The position numbers and the translations under genes were made by a program. Below, in pieces: positions 1-8,166 of a stretch of 31,496 bases of DNA (positions are counted from its first letter, which is position 1; each line of letters starts with the position of its first letter). This DNA comes from a virus. Lineage: Duplodnaviria > Caudoviricetes. The stretch is from IMG/VR virus record IMGVR_UViG_3300018428_007035, positions 1 through 31,496 of that record; one strand, given 5' to 3'. Below the pieces are notes generated by a model. That model saw only the letters and a program-made list of their open reading frames with translations, did no database searches and was not told the DNA's origin.

Positions 1-293
1 CTTTTAAATTTAGAAAGAATTATTCCTTTGCCACTTACTTTATATCCAACTTTATCTCCTGAGATTGGGCATATAGGCCAAGTGAAATCAAAAGAAGATT
101 CTAGATATTCTACTAGCGAAATACTATGGTAGGAAGATAAGTAATTAATGAACTTATCTATATAATATGCACCATGCTTTCTTGTGGGGAAAAGCTTAAT
201 GATATCCTTCTTGTTTTTACCATCAATCTTACAAATGTTAAATATATGACAAGGTATGACACTCTTTGAATCCAAAGTTTCAATAATACGCAT
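1..293 (-). CDS. Partial ORF directly downstream of the split-intein N-half, running off the window; possible free-standing homing-endonuclease-like protein
   Basis: Not in ORF track. ATG at 293, 1 nt after the dnaE TAG, open to position 1: MRIIETLDSKSVIPCHIFNICKIDGKNKKDIIKLFPTRKHGAYYIDKFINYLSSYHSISLVEYLESSFDFTWPICPISGDKVGYKVSGKGIILSKFK. It has no intein-C motif. The endonuclease call rests on context only; no catalytic motif is visible. Confidence 0.6.
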   Translation of the reverse strand, partial: MRIIETLDSKSVIPCHIFNICKIDGKNKKDIIKLFPTRKHGAYYIDKFINYLSSYHSISLVEYLESSFDFTWPICPISGDKVGYKVSGKGIILSKFK

Positions 294-294
294 A

Positions 295-2070
295 CTATTG
301 CTTACACATTATTTGAAGACCTTGGGAAATAATTTCTTTCAGAGGGTGCATTTTTTTATCTTCACAAAGGAATTTATGATCCATTGAGCATGATATTTTA
401 GTCCCATCCTCCATCTCTACCTCATATACCTCGACCTCATTACTATGGATATCTAAAATTTCAACATAGTGATCAGTATCATTATCTACATCATAAGCTA
501 AAACTTTATCCCCTTTACGGATCTCAGATAGGCATTTAAATCCATCCTCATGCTGCACAACAGTTTCTGGCAAGAGGCACTTATTGAAGCTATAGTTAGC
601 ACTGTCTTCAGCTACGCTCCACAAAATATCACCAATTACTGGATCAAGATTATTTTCTTTGATTTTTTGGGAAATCTTTTCTTTCCAAGCTGGCATTTGA
701 TCCACTTTCTTTTTGCCGACAATTCTTCTTAGCTGCTCTGACTCATCTAAACTAAACCCTATCTTAACAGCCATTTTCATCAGTTGCTCTTGATAAAGAG
801 CTACACCTCCAGTATAAGACAAAACTTCATCAAAAAAATCATGCTTACTCTGGAATTCTCCCGTCTCTAGATAAGTAGCATAATCATCTTTAAACTGCAA
901 AGCACCCGGTCTAGCAATAGCAACAACAGCGGAAACATCCTCTAAAGATTTAGGTTTTATTTTTCTGCAAACTTCAAAATTAGTATCAGCTTCAATTTGG
1001 AATAATCCTTGTCCTGACTCAAGATTTTGAAAATTATCGTATATATCAGGGTCATCAACATTGATTTTATCTAAATCGACTCCAGTTTGCTGGCAGACAT
1101 CATGCAAAACTGTGAGCGTTTTAAGCCCAAGAATATCAAACTTAACTGTGAGCTCAGCTATCCAGTTCATGTCGTAGCACGAAATAAGCTCACCGTCTTT
1201 GGTTTTTTGAATTGGGCAAATATTTGTTAATTTTTGGCGAGAAATAGCTATACCGGAAGCATGAACTCCAGTATTTTTAATTAGACCTTCTATTTTTCTA
1301 GCTATCTCAAAACACTCTTTGTTTTGATTTGCCCATGATGCAAACACATCACTTTCTTGAACAGCTTCTTTGAGCTTTCTTACTTTGCCATATTGAACCG
1401 GTATAAGATCGCTTATTTCGTTCATATCTTGTTCAGAATAACAAGACACAATTTTGCCAGCCTCTTTGATGCAAATTTTGCCGCTAAGAGTTACTAAATT
1501 TAAAATTCGACAAGTTCTTTCAGGATGTCGATTTTTAATGTATTCAATTACTTCTTGCCTCCTATCGAATGCAATATCATTATCCACATCAGCAAGAAGG
1601 CTCCCATCAAGATATACGATTCCATTTTTTTCGACCTTTCTTGCCCGACTTTTAGAAACAAATCTCTCAAAGAATAATCCATATTTAATCGGGTCCACTT
1701 TAGTTACACCCAATAAATACAAAATGAGAGATCCTGCCGCACTTCCTCTGCCGGGGCCAGTAGGCACATTATTTTCATGGCACCAATTGAGAATATCCCA
1801 ATTCAGCAATATATAATCAATAAAACCTAACTCATTGAGGATATCCAACTCTTGCTGAGCTCTATCTATGTAATCTTGCTTATTCGACTTAGCATTTAAA
1901 CCTTTATCAAGAAAATATTTGCTGCATAGTTTTTTTATGAATGTAAAATTATCACAGTCTTTTTTTAAATTAAGAGTGTCGTACCACTTATCTTCGATTT
2001 TAATATTCGGAAGCAATACTCCTGCTGGGGCGCAATCATCATATTTTTCAAATTGGTCTGCAAATTTCAT
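295..2070 (-). CDS. dnaE: DNA polymerase III alpha (family C) core, N-terminal fragment lacking PHP, fused to a split-intein N-half
   Basis: GPGRGSAAGSL, LFFERF, catalytic ADVDNDI (PDxDxD-like), GVHASG, KFDILGL, LFQIE, ARPG, LYQEQLM, LRR..GKKK, NYSFNK. Starts near the post-PHP 'LP' motif and ends in an intein. Confidence 0.95.
   Translation of the reverse strand: MKFADQFEKYDDCAPAGVLLPNIKIEDKWYDTLNLKKDCDNFTFIKKLCSKYFLDKGLNAKSNKQDYIDRAQQELDILNELGFIDYILLNWDILNWCHENNVPTGPGRGSAAGSLILYLLGVTKVDPIKYGLFFERFVSKSRARKVEKNGIVYLDGSLLADVDNDIAFDRRQEVIEYIKNRHPERTCRILNLVTLSGKICIKEAGKIVSCYSEQDMNEISDLIPVQYGKVRKLKEAVQESDVFASWANQNKECFEIARKIEGLIKNTGVHASGIAISRQKLTNICPIQKTKDGELISCYDMNWIAELTVKFDILGLKTLTVLHDVCQQTGVDLDKINVDDPDIYDNFQNLESGQGLFQIEADTNFEVCRKIKPKSLEDVSAVVAIARPGALQFKDDYATYLETGEFQSKHDFFDEVLSYTGGVALYQEQLMKMAVKIGFSLDESEQLRRIVGKKKVDQMPAWKEKISQKIKENNLDPVIGDILWSVAEDSANYSFNKCLLPETVVQHEDGFKCLSEIRKGDKVLAYDVDNDTDHYVEILDIHSNEVEVYEVEMEDGTKISCSMDHKFLCEDKKMHPLKEIISQGLQIMCKQ
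298..579 (-). mobile_element. Split intein N-terminal half (IntN, 94 aa) inserted after YSFNK
   Basis: Block A CLLPETVV, then EIRKGDKVLAYD, VYEVEMEDG and block B CSMDHKF. The ORF stops 24 aa later with no C-terminal HN/SN block. The segment is acidic, as is typical of IntN. Confidence 0.9.
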
Positions 2071-2702
2071 ATATCTATCTGGTAAATAAGTTTGCGGAAA
2101 AGTTCAAAATTCATTTGGACATCATACAATGAATTATGTAAAAGTTCTTCTTTGAAATCTATATTGTTTTCTTTAAGCATTTGTTTTTGGGATGTTTTAA
2201 GTCCACGCTTATGGAAAAAGTTTAATCTACTCATCCATTGAAAAACTGATTCATCTTTCTTTTTGGGGATTTGGAGTTTAATAGCCTTAGATAAACAGTT
2301 AGTATCCACAAGCCTTTCCAAGTATGTGTAATCTGGCTTTTCCCCCAACAATCTTCGATAAATATTATGAATATATATATCAAACCCTATAATATTGTGG
2401 CCTACGATTATGTAATCTTTATCGTACAAAAAACCTTCGAAGCAATCAAGAACTTTGCGAGCATCTTGCTTCGATTTATTATAATCAGACAAATTAAAAT
2501 GATTGATTTTCGCAGCCTCTTCCCCAACCTTTAAATCTGGCCAATCAATAAAGTAATCATGTTCTTCTGTAACTTTATTGCCAGTTGCGATAACAAAAGA
2601 GAGTTGCCACGGTTTATTATAAAAAAGGTTCAAGCTCTCTGTTTCAAAATCAAAAACTATATATTTTTGATTCTTATTGAACCTAAGTAAGTTATTTAGC
2701 AT
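2067..2702 (-). CDS. DEDDh 3'-5' exonuclease (DnaQ/epsilon-like)
   Basis: ExoI IVFDFETE, ExoII VGHNIIGFDI, VDT, ExoIII LHNSLYDV; ATGA overlap with dnaE. Confidence 0.88.
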   Translation of the reverse strand: MLNNLLRFNKNQKYIVFDFETESLNLFYNKPWQLSFVIATGNKVTEEHDYFIDWPDLKVGEEAAKINHFNLSDYNKSKQDARKVLDCFEGFLYDKDYIIVGHNIIGFDIYIHNIYRRLLGEKPDYTYLERLVDTNCLSKAIKLQIPKKKDESVFQWMSRLNFFHKRGLKTSQKQMLKENNIDFKEELLHNSLYDVQMNFELFRKLIYQIDI

Positions 2703-3125
2703 TTAAAATTGTGCGTAAGGGTTGTATGTTATTTTTAACTCTGATCCAGCAGACACGCTTTGATTTGTTTTATACTGTACTATTTGACTACGTTCATTGA
2801 TTGTGTAATCGATATTTGATTCTTGAGTATGGTTGTATATCATACCAAAACCCAAAACACAAATTGGGCGAGTCACATGTGAAAGTTGCACAGCATCATG
2901 TTGGTCTGCAAAATCTTTGTAATGGTCTTGCAAAAAAGGAATACTGAAAAAGTACTTTGTGAACTTTGTATCTAAATCTTCCCATTTTTCATTGTCAGGA
3001 ATAATATAGTAAGCTTGCTCAACAATTTCAGATTTTTTCAAATCTTCGCTTGTGAATACGCCATATCCGTGAGTCGAGGATTTACCTACATACAATTTAG
3101 GAGATAGATACAGTTTGTCTTTCAT
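2703..3125 (-). CDS. SET-domain protein (putative protein-lysine methyltransferase)
   Basis: KSSTHGYGVFT (GxG motif), GFGMIYNHTQESN (NHxxxxN), GSELKITYN (GEELxxxY). Confidence 0.85.
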   Translation of the reverse strand: MKDKLYLSPKLYVGKSSTHGYGVFTSEDLKKSEIVEQAYYIIPDNEKWEDLDTKFTKYFFSIPFLQDHYKDFADQHDAVQLSHVTRPICVLGFGMIYNHTQESNIDYTINERSQIVQYKTNQSVSAGSELKITYNPYAQF

Positions 3126-3855
3126 AGTTTAACCAGCTTTCGAAGCAAAATTCGTTACTGCTGCACCCGGGCAATTCTGGACGCTCTAAGCTATATGTCC
3201 TTCCCATTCTGCGGTTGTTGATAATTTTGAATGTTTGAAAGGCCTTGAAATCAGATTTTTTATTATAATATATAGATTTCACAAACTCACAGTTGAAATT
3301 ATAAGTGTTCGAGTACTTTTTAACTTTATCAGCTAAAAATCTATCTATAGGTAGCCCATTATTTTCAATGAAAAATATTACGTCACCAAAATCACGAATA
3401 GGCGGATCAAACTTATCAAAGGTAAAATTATTATAGTAAATAAAAGAATCATAAAACGGAATGCATAAAGATAATGCATCATTGTCCCAAAATTTTTTCA
3501 GATCATCTAAATAGGCGAAACCTTCGTTTTCACAAAAAGCATAAGAATAAATTTTATACAATCTTTTTACGCCCTCATCATTTTTACCAAAGATAATAAC
3601 TTTATGATTTTCTTTAGTATCTTTTGATTCTGATATCTGCAACCTTAAACCAAAAACTAACTGAATATCATTTTCATCACAAAGCCTTTTGCATTGCAAA
3701 AAACCATGCATATTATCTTCAGCTAAGAAAATTTTATCTAAATTATTTTCTTTAGCTAATTCAAGAACACTATCTGGGCCACCTTCAGTAGCCTTAGGGT
3801 TAAATGTGAGTATGGATTTACCTATGCTATAATGAGTTTTGAACAACGGAATCAT
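3097..3855 (-). CDS. Stand-alone PHP domain of DnaE type, metal ligands degenerate
   Basis: KTHYSIGKS (cf. HxHSEYSLLDG), ELAKEN..KIFLAEDNMHGF, QLVFGLRL, HKVIIFGKNDEGVKRLYKIYSYAF (cf. HLVLLAKNxxGYxNLxxLxS). Confidence 0.8.
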   Translation of the reverse strand: MIPLFKTHYSIGKSILTFNPKATEGGPDSVLELAKENNLDKIFLAEDNMHGFLQCKRLCDENDIQLVFGLRLQISESKDTKENHKVIIFGKNDEGVKRLYKIYSYAFCENEGFAYLDDLKKFWDNDALSLCIPFYDSFIYYNNFTFDKFDPPIRDFGDVIFFIENNGLPIDRFLADKVKKYSNTYNFNCEFVKSIYYNKKSDFKAFQTFKIINNRRMGRTYSLERPELPGCSSNEFCFESWLNYERQTVSIS

Positions 3856-3856
3856 A

Positions 3857-4897
3857 TCAATATTCTGTGCTATTAAATCTTGGGCAACCTTGATAATTTT
3901 CTTTTCTGATAATCCAATCAGATTTTTTCATTTTGATTAATTCGTAGTAATCTTCCATAAAAGCAGTTTTGACCAAATCTTCGTTTTCATCATATAGAGC
4001 GTAGTAATCAAATGGAAACTTATAAGCGCAATGCCACATTGGGTCACCATTCTTTTTTGGTTGTCCTCTATACCTAGCAAAACCACAAACTATTTGTCCA
4101 GCAAAACCATCTTCTTTTGTGACCTTTTGATCTGCTGCATAGTTACTTTTGGCCATTCTTTGGTTGAATTTGCTCAGATATAATTGAACATCGGTCAAAT
4201 TCTTTTCGAATTTGTTTAAATCTGATGCAGTTATTTTATCCATCTTAAGGAGACCTTTTGATTCGTCTCCAGACTTAAGGTCAAATTTAAGGAAAACAAA
4301 CTCACTTTTGCGATTCGTGTATTCAGGAAACAAATGCCTAACAGCTAGACAATACATGTAGTCTTGTAGATTTTCCGAAACCTCTTTGCCTTTAAATACA
4401 TTTTTACTTGTTTTAAAGTCACGAATTAAAGCAACCTTTTTACTCTTGTATAAAAACAATTTGTCTATAAAACCTTTGATTCTATATTTTTTATTTTTTT
4501 CATCTATCGATATATCAAACTCATACTCAGAATAACACTTGGTAGGTTTGCCGAAATCTTTACCATAAAAATCGTACTCTAATCCTGAAACAATCATGTC
4601 ATTGATCAAAGTTAGGTTTTCTTGGTCGTCAACATTTTTATTTGCGGCTTGAGACAAAATATATCTTTTGATCGAGGGCACAGAAAAAGCATCTTGTTGC
4701 TTTATGATCTCAGAATAATAAGAAAGTCTTTTTTTGTTGTTTTTACCTAAAAACTCAAAAACATTATGACAAATATCCCCCCTCGAAGATCCGTCGTTTT
4801 TTTTGTCCGGCAACATCAGGTGATACTTAACCCAATAAAGCCAACTGCATGTTTTCGCAGTTTTTATTCTGCTAGCTGATAATTTTACTTCAGACAT
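3857..4897 (-). CDS. PD-(D/E)XK exonuclease, RecB/AddB/Cas4-like
   Basis: LSASRIKT..C, RGDICHNVFE, EYEF, IKGFIDKL, IRDFKTSK, LQDYMY; one N-terminal and three C-terminal Cys. Confidence 0.82.
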   Translation of the reverse strand: MSEVKLSASRIKTAKTCSWLYWVKYHLMLPDKKNDGSSRGDICHNVFEFLGKNNKKRLSYYSEIIKQQDAFSVPSIKRYILSQAANKNVDDQENLTLINDMIVSGLEYDFYGKDFGKPTKCYSEYEFDISIDEKNKKYRIKGFIDKLFLYKSKKVALIRDFKTSKNVFKGKEVSENLQDYMYCLAVRHLFPEYTNRKSEFVFLKFDLKSGDESKGLLKMDKITASDLNKFEKNLTDVQLYLSKFNQRMAKSNYAADQKVTKEDGFAGQIVCGFARYRGQPKKNGDPMWHCAYKFPFDYYALYDENEDLVKTAFMEDYYELIKMKKSDWIIRKENYQGCPRFNSTEY

Positions 4898-5979
4898 TAG
4901 AAATCTAATTCATCAAAATAATTGGCAAAAATTTTAACCTTTTTCTCTATTGCGTTCTTAGCTAAGAAATGCGAACGATTACTTTGCTTTTTAATGAACT
5001 CATATATATATCTTTTTTGTTTTTTATGATCTATCTTTTTATTTGACCATTGATCAAATTCACCATGCATGTGCAAATCAGACAAATCGTTCTCAGATGG
5101 AAGATTGATTTCGATTTTATCTAAATCAAAAAAATCCATCAGCGTTATAAAATGTTTGATAGCAGCTATCTTACCATTGTTTTTGCTACTTGATTCATCA
5201 TTATTCAACGATATAATTATTTTCTTAGGCGAGAATGACAATAGCGTCATTAATTGGAATTTACTTAAATCAAGCCCAAACGTAACTATATGATTTGGAA
5301 AGCCGTTTTCAGTTAAAGCTAAACTATCGCCTATAGATTCAACAATGATCACTTCCTGCCTTTGCCGGACTGAATCTTCAAAATAATCTGAAATGCATAA
5401 GGGATATATCCAGCTTCTTTTATTACCTATATGCTTCCATTTAGGTATGTCTGGATTTTTTTCCCACAACATGCTTCTGCCACTAAAACCTATAATTTTT
5501 GAATTATTACGGTATTTAAAAATAGGGAAAACAAATCTATTGTTCATTTTCCCATTTGTGCTATACCCTGACCTATATAATTCTAAGGTTTCTTTAGAGA
5601 TAGATTTTTTATTATAAAATTTATAATGAGGCAAAAAGTCTTTCAACATTTCTATATCGTAAACTTTTTCCATCTCTATCTTAGGCTTTAATTCATTATT
5701 TTCAAAAATATCGTAAGAACTTTTTTCAGTATAGTCTACTACATACTTAGATAAAACTTTTTTATTGTTTGTTCCTAGAGCCTTACTCATTAAAGCCACA
5801 AAAGGCATTGGCTTGCTTCTTTCTACATAATCTCTCCAAACGCCAGTATCTTTGTATATTTGAATAGCAGTATAGTTATCACCGTTTCTCCAAATTGCAT
5901 TAGTATTCCAATAACTCCCTTTGTCTCTTAAGACAAAACCAGCATTCTCTAAAGACTCTTTTATGTCTTGAGTATCCAT
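4897..5979 (-). CDS. DnaG-type DNA primase (TOPRIM)
   Basis: NRFVFPIF..IIGFSGR, PKWKH, IIVESIGDSLAL, ISLNNDE..G, NDLSD; adjacent to the helicase. Confidence 0.82.
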   Translation of the reverse strand: MDTQDIKESLENAGFVLRDKGSYWNTNAIWRNGDNYTAIQIYKDTGVWRDYVERSKPMPFVALMSKALGTNNKKVLSKYVVDYTEKSSYDIFENNELKPKIEMEKVYDIEMLKDFLPHYKFYNKKSISKETLELYRSGYSTNGKMNNRFVFPIFKYRNNSKIIGFSGRSMLWEKNPDIPKWKHIGNKRSWIYPLCISDYFEDSVRQRQEVIIVESIGDSLALTENGFPNHIVTFGLDLSKFQLMTLLSFSPKKIIISLNNDESSSKNNGKIAAIKHFITLMDFFDLDKIEINLPSENDLSDLHMHGEFDQWSNKKIDHKKQKRYIYEFIKKQSNRSHFLAKNAIEKKVKIFANYFDELDF

Positions 5980-7499
5980 CAGTCAAGGGTAGGAAAATCA
6001 TCAGGTGGATTACCTTGGTCTAAATCATCTTGAAGTTGCGCTCCAGTCTCAAGAAAGTTTTTTAAATCCTGTTGATCACCTGAACATTCAACATTAAAGC
6101 CTTCCATATTTAAATGGATACAGTTATTAACTGTTCTTGTATCGGGCATTGTAATCGGGGTCGTAGCTCTTCTGTACAACCTCCCGAGATGTCTAGTTTT
6201 TAGAGCGATTAATTTATGGGTTCCAAATCTTTGCTGTTCTTCAGCAAGCTCATCCAAAGTTTTTGATCTTAAAATAAACAAATGTGAACAGTATTGGGTT
6301 ACCCTGTCTGACAAACTAACAATTCCCTCATCGTCATTGACATCTCTTGCTTGTTTATTTGTGACGATTCCTGATCGATTACTTTGTACGCTTGTTATCA
6401 TAGGTATAACAGGCTCTCCATCGCACAAAATTTCCCGCTGAATAGTCCTTTTGAATGTATCGACCATTGCGCCGACACTTTGCCACTCGCTTTTTCCTGC
6501 TTCATCTGTAGGTTTGATATAATCAAACGAAAAAACCATCTTTTTGCCTCTACCAACTTTGGAAAAATAAAATCTTTTTAGTAGAGCTATCATTTTTTCT
6601 ACATTGTAACCTCCAACAGGGTAATAATAAAATTTCAGGTTTTTAACATCCTTCCACACTCCCCTTACTTTTTTAACGACATCTTCCCCTGCCTTTCTCC
6701 ATTGCCCTGTTTCTAACAAATGGCTTGAAACACCCGATAAAGCTGAACACTGACGAATCATCAATTCATTCTTGCTCATTTCACCATTATCAAAATGTAA
6801 TACCGGAACGTCGTGCATTCTGGCTATCTTGGTGCAGTAATCCATGCAGAACCTTGTTTTACCAACACCAGAACGAGCAACAATAACTGTGATATTACCG
6901 GGCCTTAAAAGAGAACCGTAAAGATCATTGATAATTTCAAATGGACCCATAAGACCCATATCTTCTTTTGGATTATTTCCAAGATCCTCAATATAATCTG
7001 GCATCTCTTCATAAATATTAGAAAAGCCATTGTCGGAAATATCATAAAGATCGATTTTCCTATTGAACGTCTGATCTGCAGTTTCTATAATTTTTTCAAA
7101 TGAACTTTCTGGGTTAAGATGCTTCATTTGCAAAGCGGTGTTTTTAGCCGCTTCATAGATTTCTCTGCGAATGGAAATTTTCTTCAACTCTTTAGCTATA
7201 GTTACAATTTTTGTGTCTGTAACTTTATTTAGAACTAAAGAATGTATGTAATCTGCTATTTCAATATCCTGAGGAAAAGAAATACCTAAAGCTTTTATTC
7301 TTTCACTTAAGATCGTTTCATCAATATCTTGAGCGTTTTCACAGAAACTTTTTATGGCGTTGAATAAAACTTTCGTAATGCCATTTTCGTCTCCTTCAAA
7401 ATCATCTTTATTAATAAAGTTTTCTATTTCCCCGTAGCAAGACGGGTGTTGTATCAACCCTGCAAGCAATCTTTGTTCAAGCTCTAAATTAGTTAGCAT
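5979..7499 (-). CDS. dnaB: Replicative DNA helicase, DnaB/SF4
   Basis: N-terminal LELEQRLLAGLI, Walker A VARSGVGKT, HFDNGEMS, Walker B FSFDYIK, VQSNR. Confidence 0.88.
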   Translation of the reverse strand: MLTNLELEQRLLAGLIQHPSCYGEIENFINKDDFEGDENGITKVLFNAIKSFCENAQDIDETILSERIKALGISFPQDIEIADYIHSLVLNKVTDTKIVTIAKELKKISIRREIYEAAKNTALQMKHLNPESSFEKIIETADQTFNRKIDLYDISDNGFSNIYEEMPDYIEDLGNNPKEDMGLMGPFEIINDLYGSLLRPGNITVIVARSGVGKTRFCMDYCTKIARMHDVPVLHFDNGEMSKNELMIRQCSALSGVSSHLLETGQWRKAGEDVVKKVRGVWKDVKNLKFYYYPVGGYNVEKMIALLKRFYFSKVGRGKKMVFSFDYIKPTDEAGKSEWQSVGAMVDTFKRTIQREILCDGEPVIPMITSVQSNRSGIVTNKQARDVNDDEGIVSLSDRVTQYCSHLFILRSKTLDELAEEQQRFGTHKLIALKTRHLGRLYRRATTPITMPDTRTVNNCIHLNMEGFNVECSGDQQDLKNFLETGAQLQDDLDQGNPPDDFPTLD

Positions 7500-7500
7500 A

Positions 7501-7743
7501 TTAATCTTCTGAATTTTGCAAATTTATTTGATGTTGTACTGACATATTATCCAGCCAAGTTTCTACCCCTTTAAGAATACCAAGTTCAATGATAGGCGCT
7601 GAAGCTTTAGATATAACATTAACTTCACCTTCTTCGCTAACGTATGCCAGCATAAAACCCCCATTGTTGCCGTTATTCGTATGTTCGAATATCTGATCAA
7701 GCAAACTTTCTGGTAGCCCTTTTTTATGATCCTTATTTGTCAT
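7501..7743 (-). CDS. Hypothetical protein (80 aa)
   Basis: Fills the gap in a co-directional operon; preceded by the AGTGTA motif. Confidence 0.7.
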   Translation of the reverse strand: MTNKDHKKGLPESLLDQIFEHTNNGNNGGFMLAYVSEEGEVNVISKASAPIIELGILKGVETWLDNMSVQHQINLQNSED

Positions 7744-7758
7744 ATAAAATATTACACT
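7744..7758 (-). promoter_or_regulatory. AGTGTA motif, putative phage-sigma promoter (copy 1)
   Basis: AGTGTAATATTTTAT-ATG in a 21-bp intergenic gap; the same motif recurs in other gaps. Confidence 0.5.
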
Positions 7759-7764
7759 GTGAAA

Positions 7765-8166
7765 CTACGATCTTAAAAAATCAAAAAGATTTTCTATATC
7801 CTGCTCATCATGTATTTCAATTAAATTTATACCGTTAATTTCACAGAAATTTAATTTATCTTGATCCCTTTTTAATTGTTTTATAAAATTTAGTTTGCTT
7901 TTGCCGTGGAAAAATTCTACATATTTTGTATGCTGAGTTCCTTGAACTTCAACAGCTACATTTAGAGTTGCGTTATAAAAATCTAAACTCAATCTACTGC
8001 CCACAATAGGGAACTCTTCAAATACAACATGATGCTTCCAATAGGATTGAAGTATATCTTTGATTCTTTTTTGAAACCTACTTCTACTGCTTTCTTCCCA
8101 CTTGATTCTGTATGAAGAAGCCTTTTTCAGTTTTTTCGTAGACCCATATAAAGTTTTAAATATCAT
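7765..8166 (-). CDS. Vsr/DUF559-like PD-(D/E)XK endonuclease
   Basis: FEEFPI..LSLDFY..VAVEVQGTQH..RDQDKLNFCEINGINLIEI. Confidence 0.75.
   Translation of the reverse strand: MIFKTLYGSTKKLKKASSYRIKWEESSRSRFQKRIKDILQSYWKHHVVFEEFPIVGSRLSLDFYNATLNVAVEVQGTQHTKYVEFFHGKSKLNFIKQLKRDQDKLNFCEINGINLIEIHDEQDIENLFDFLRS

Noticed and set aside
3857-4897. CRISPR-Cas system suggested by the Cas4-like gene
   Set aside because: No repeat-spacer array or other cas genes; the context is replication.
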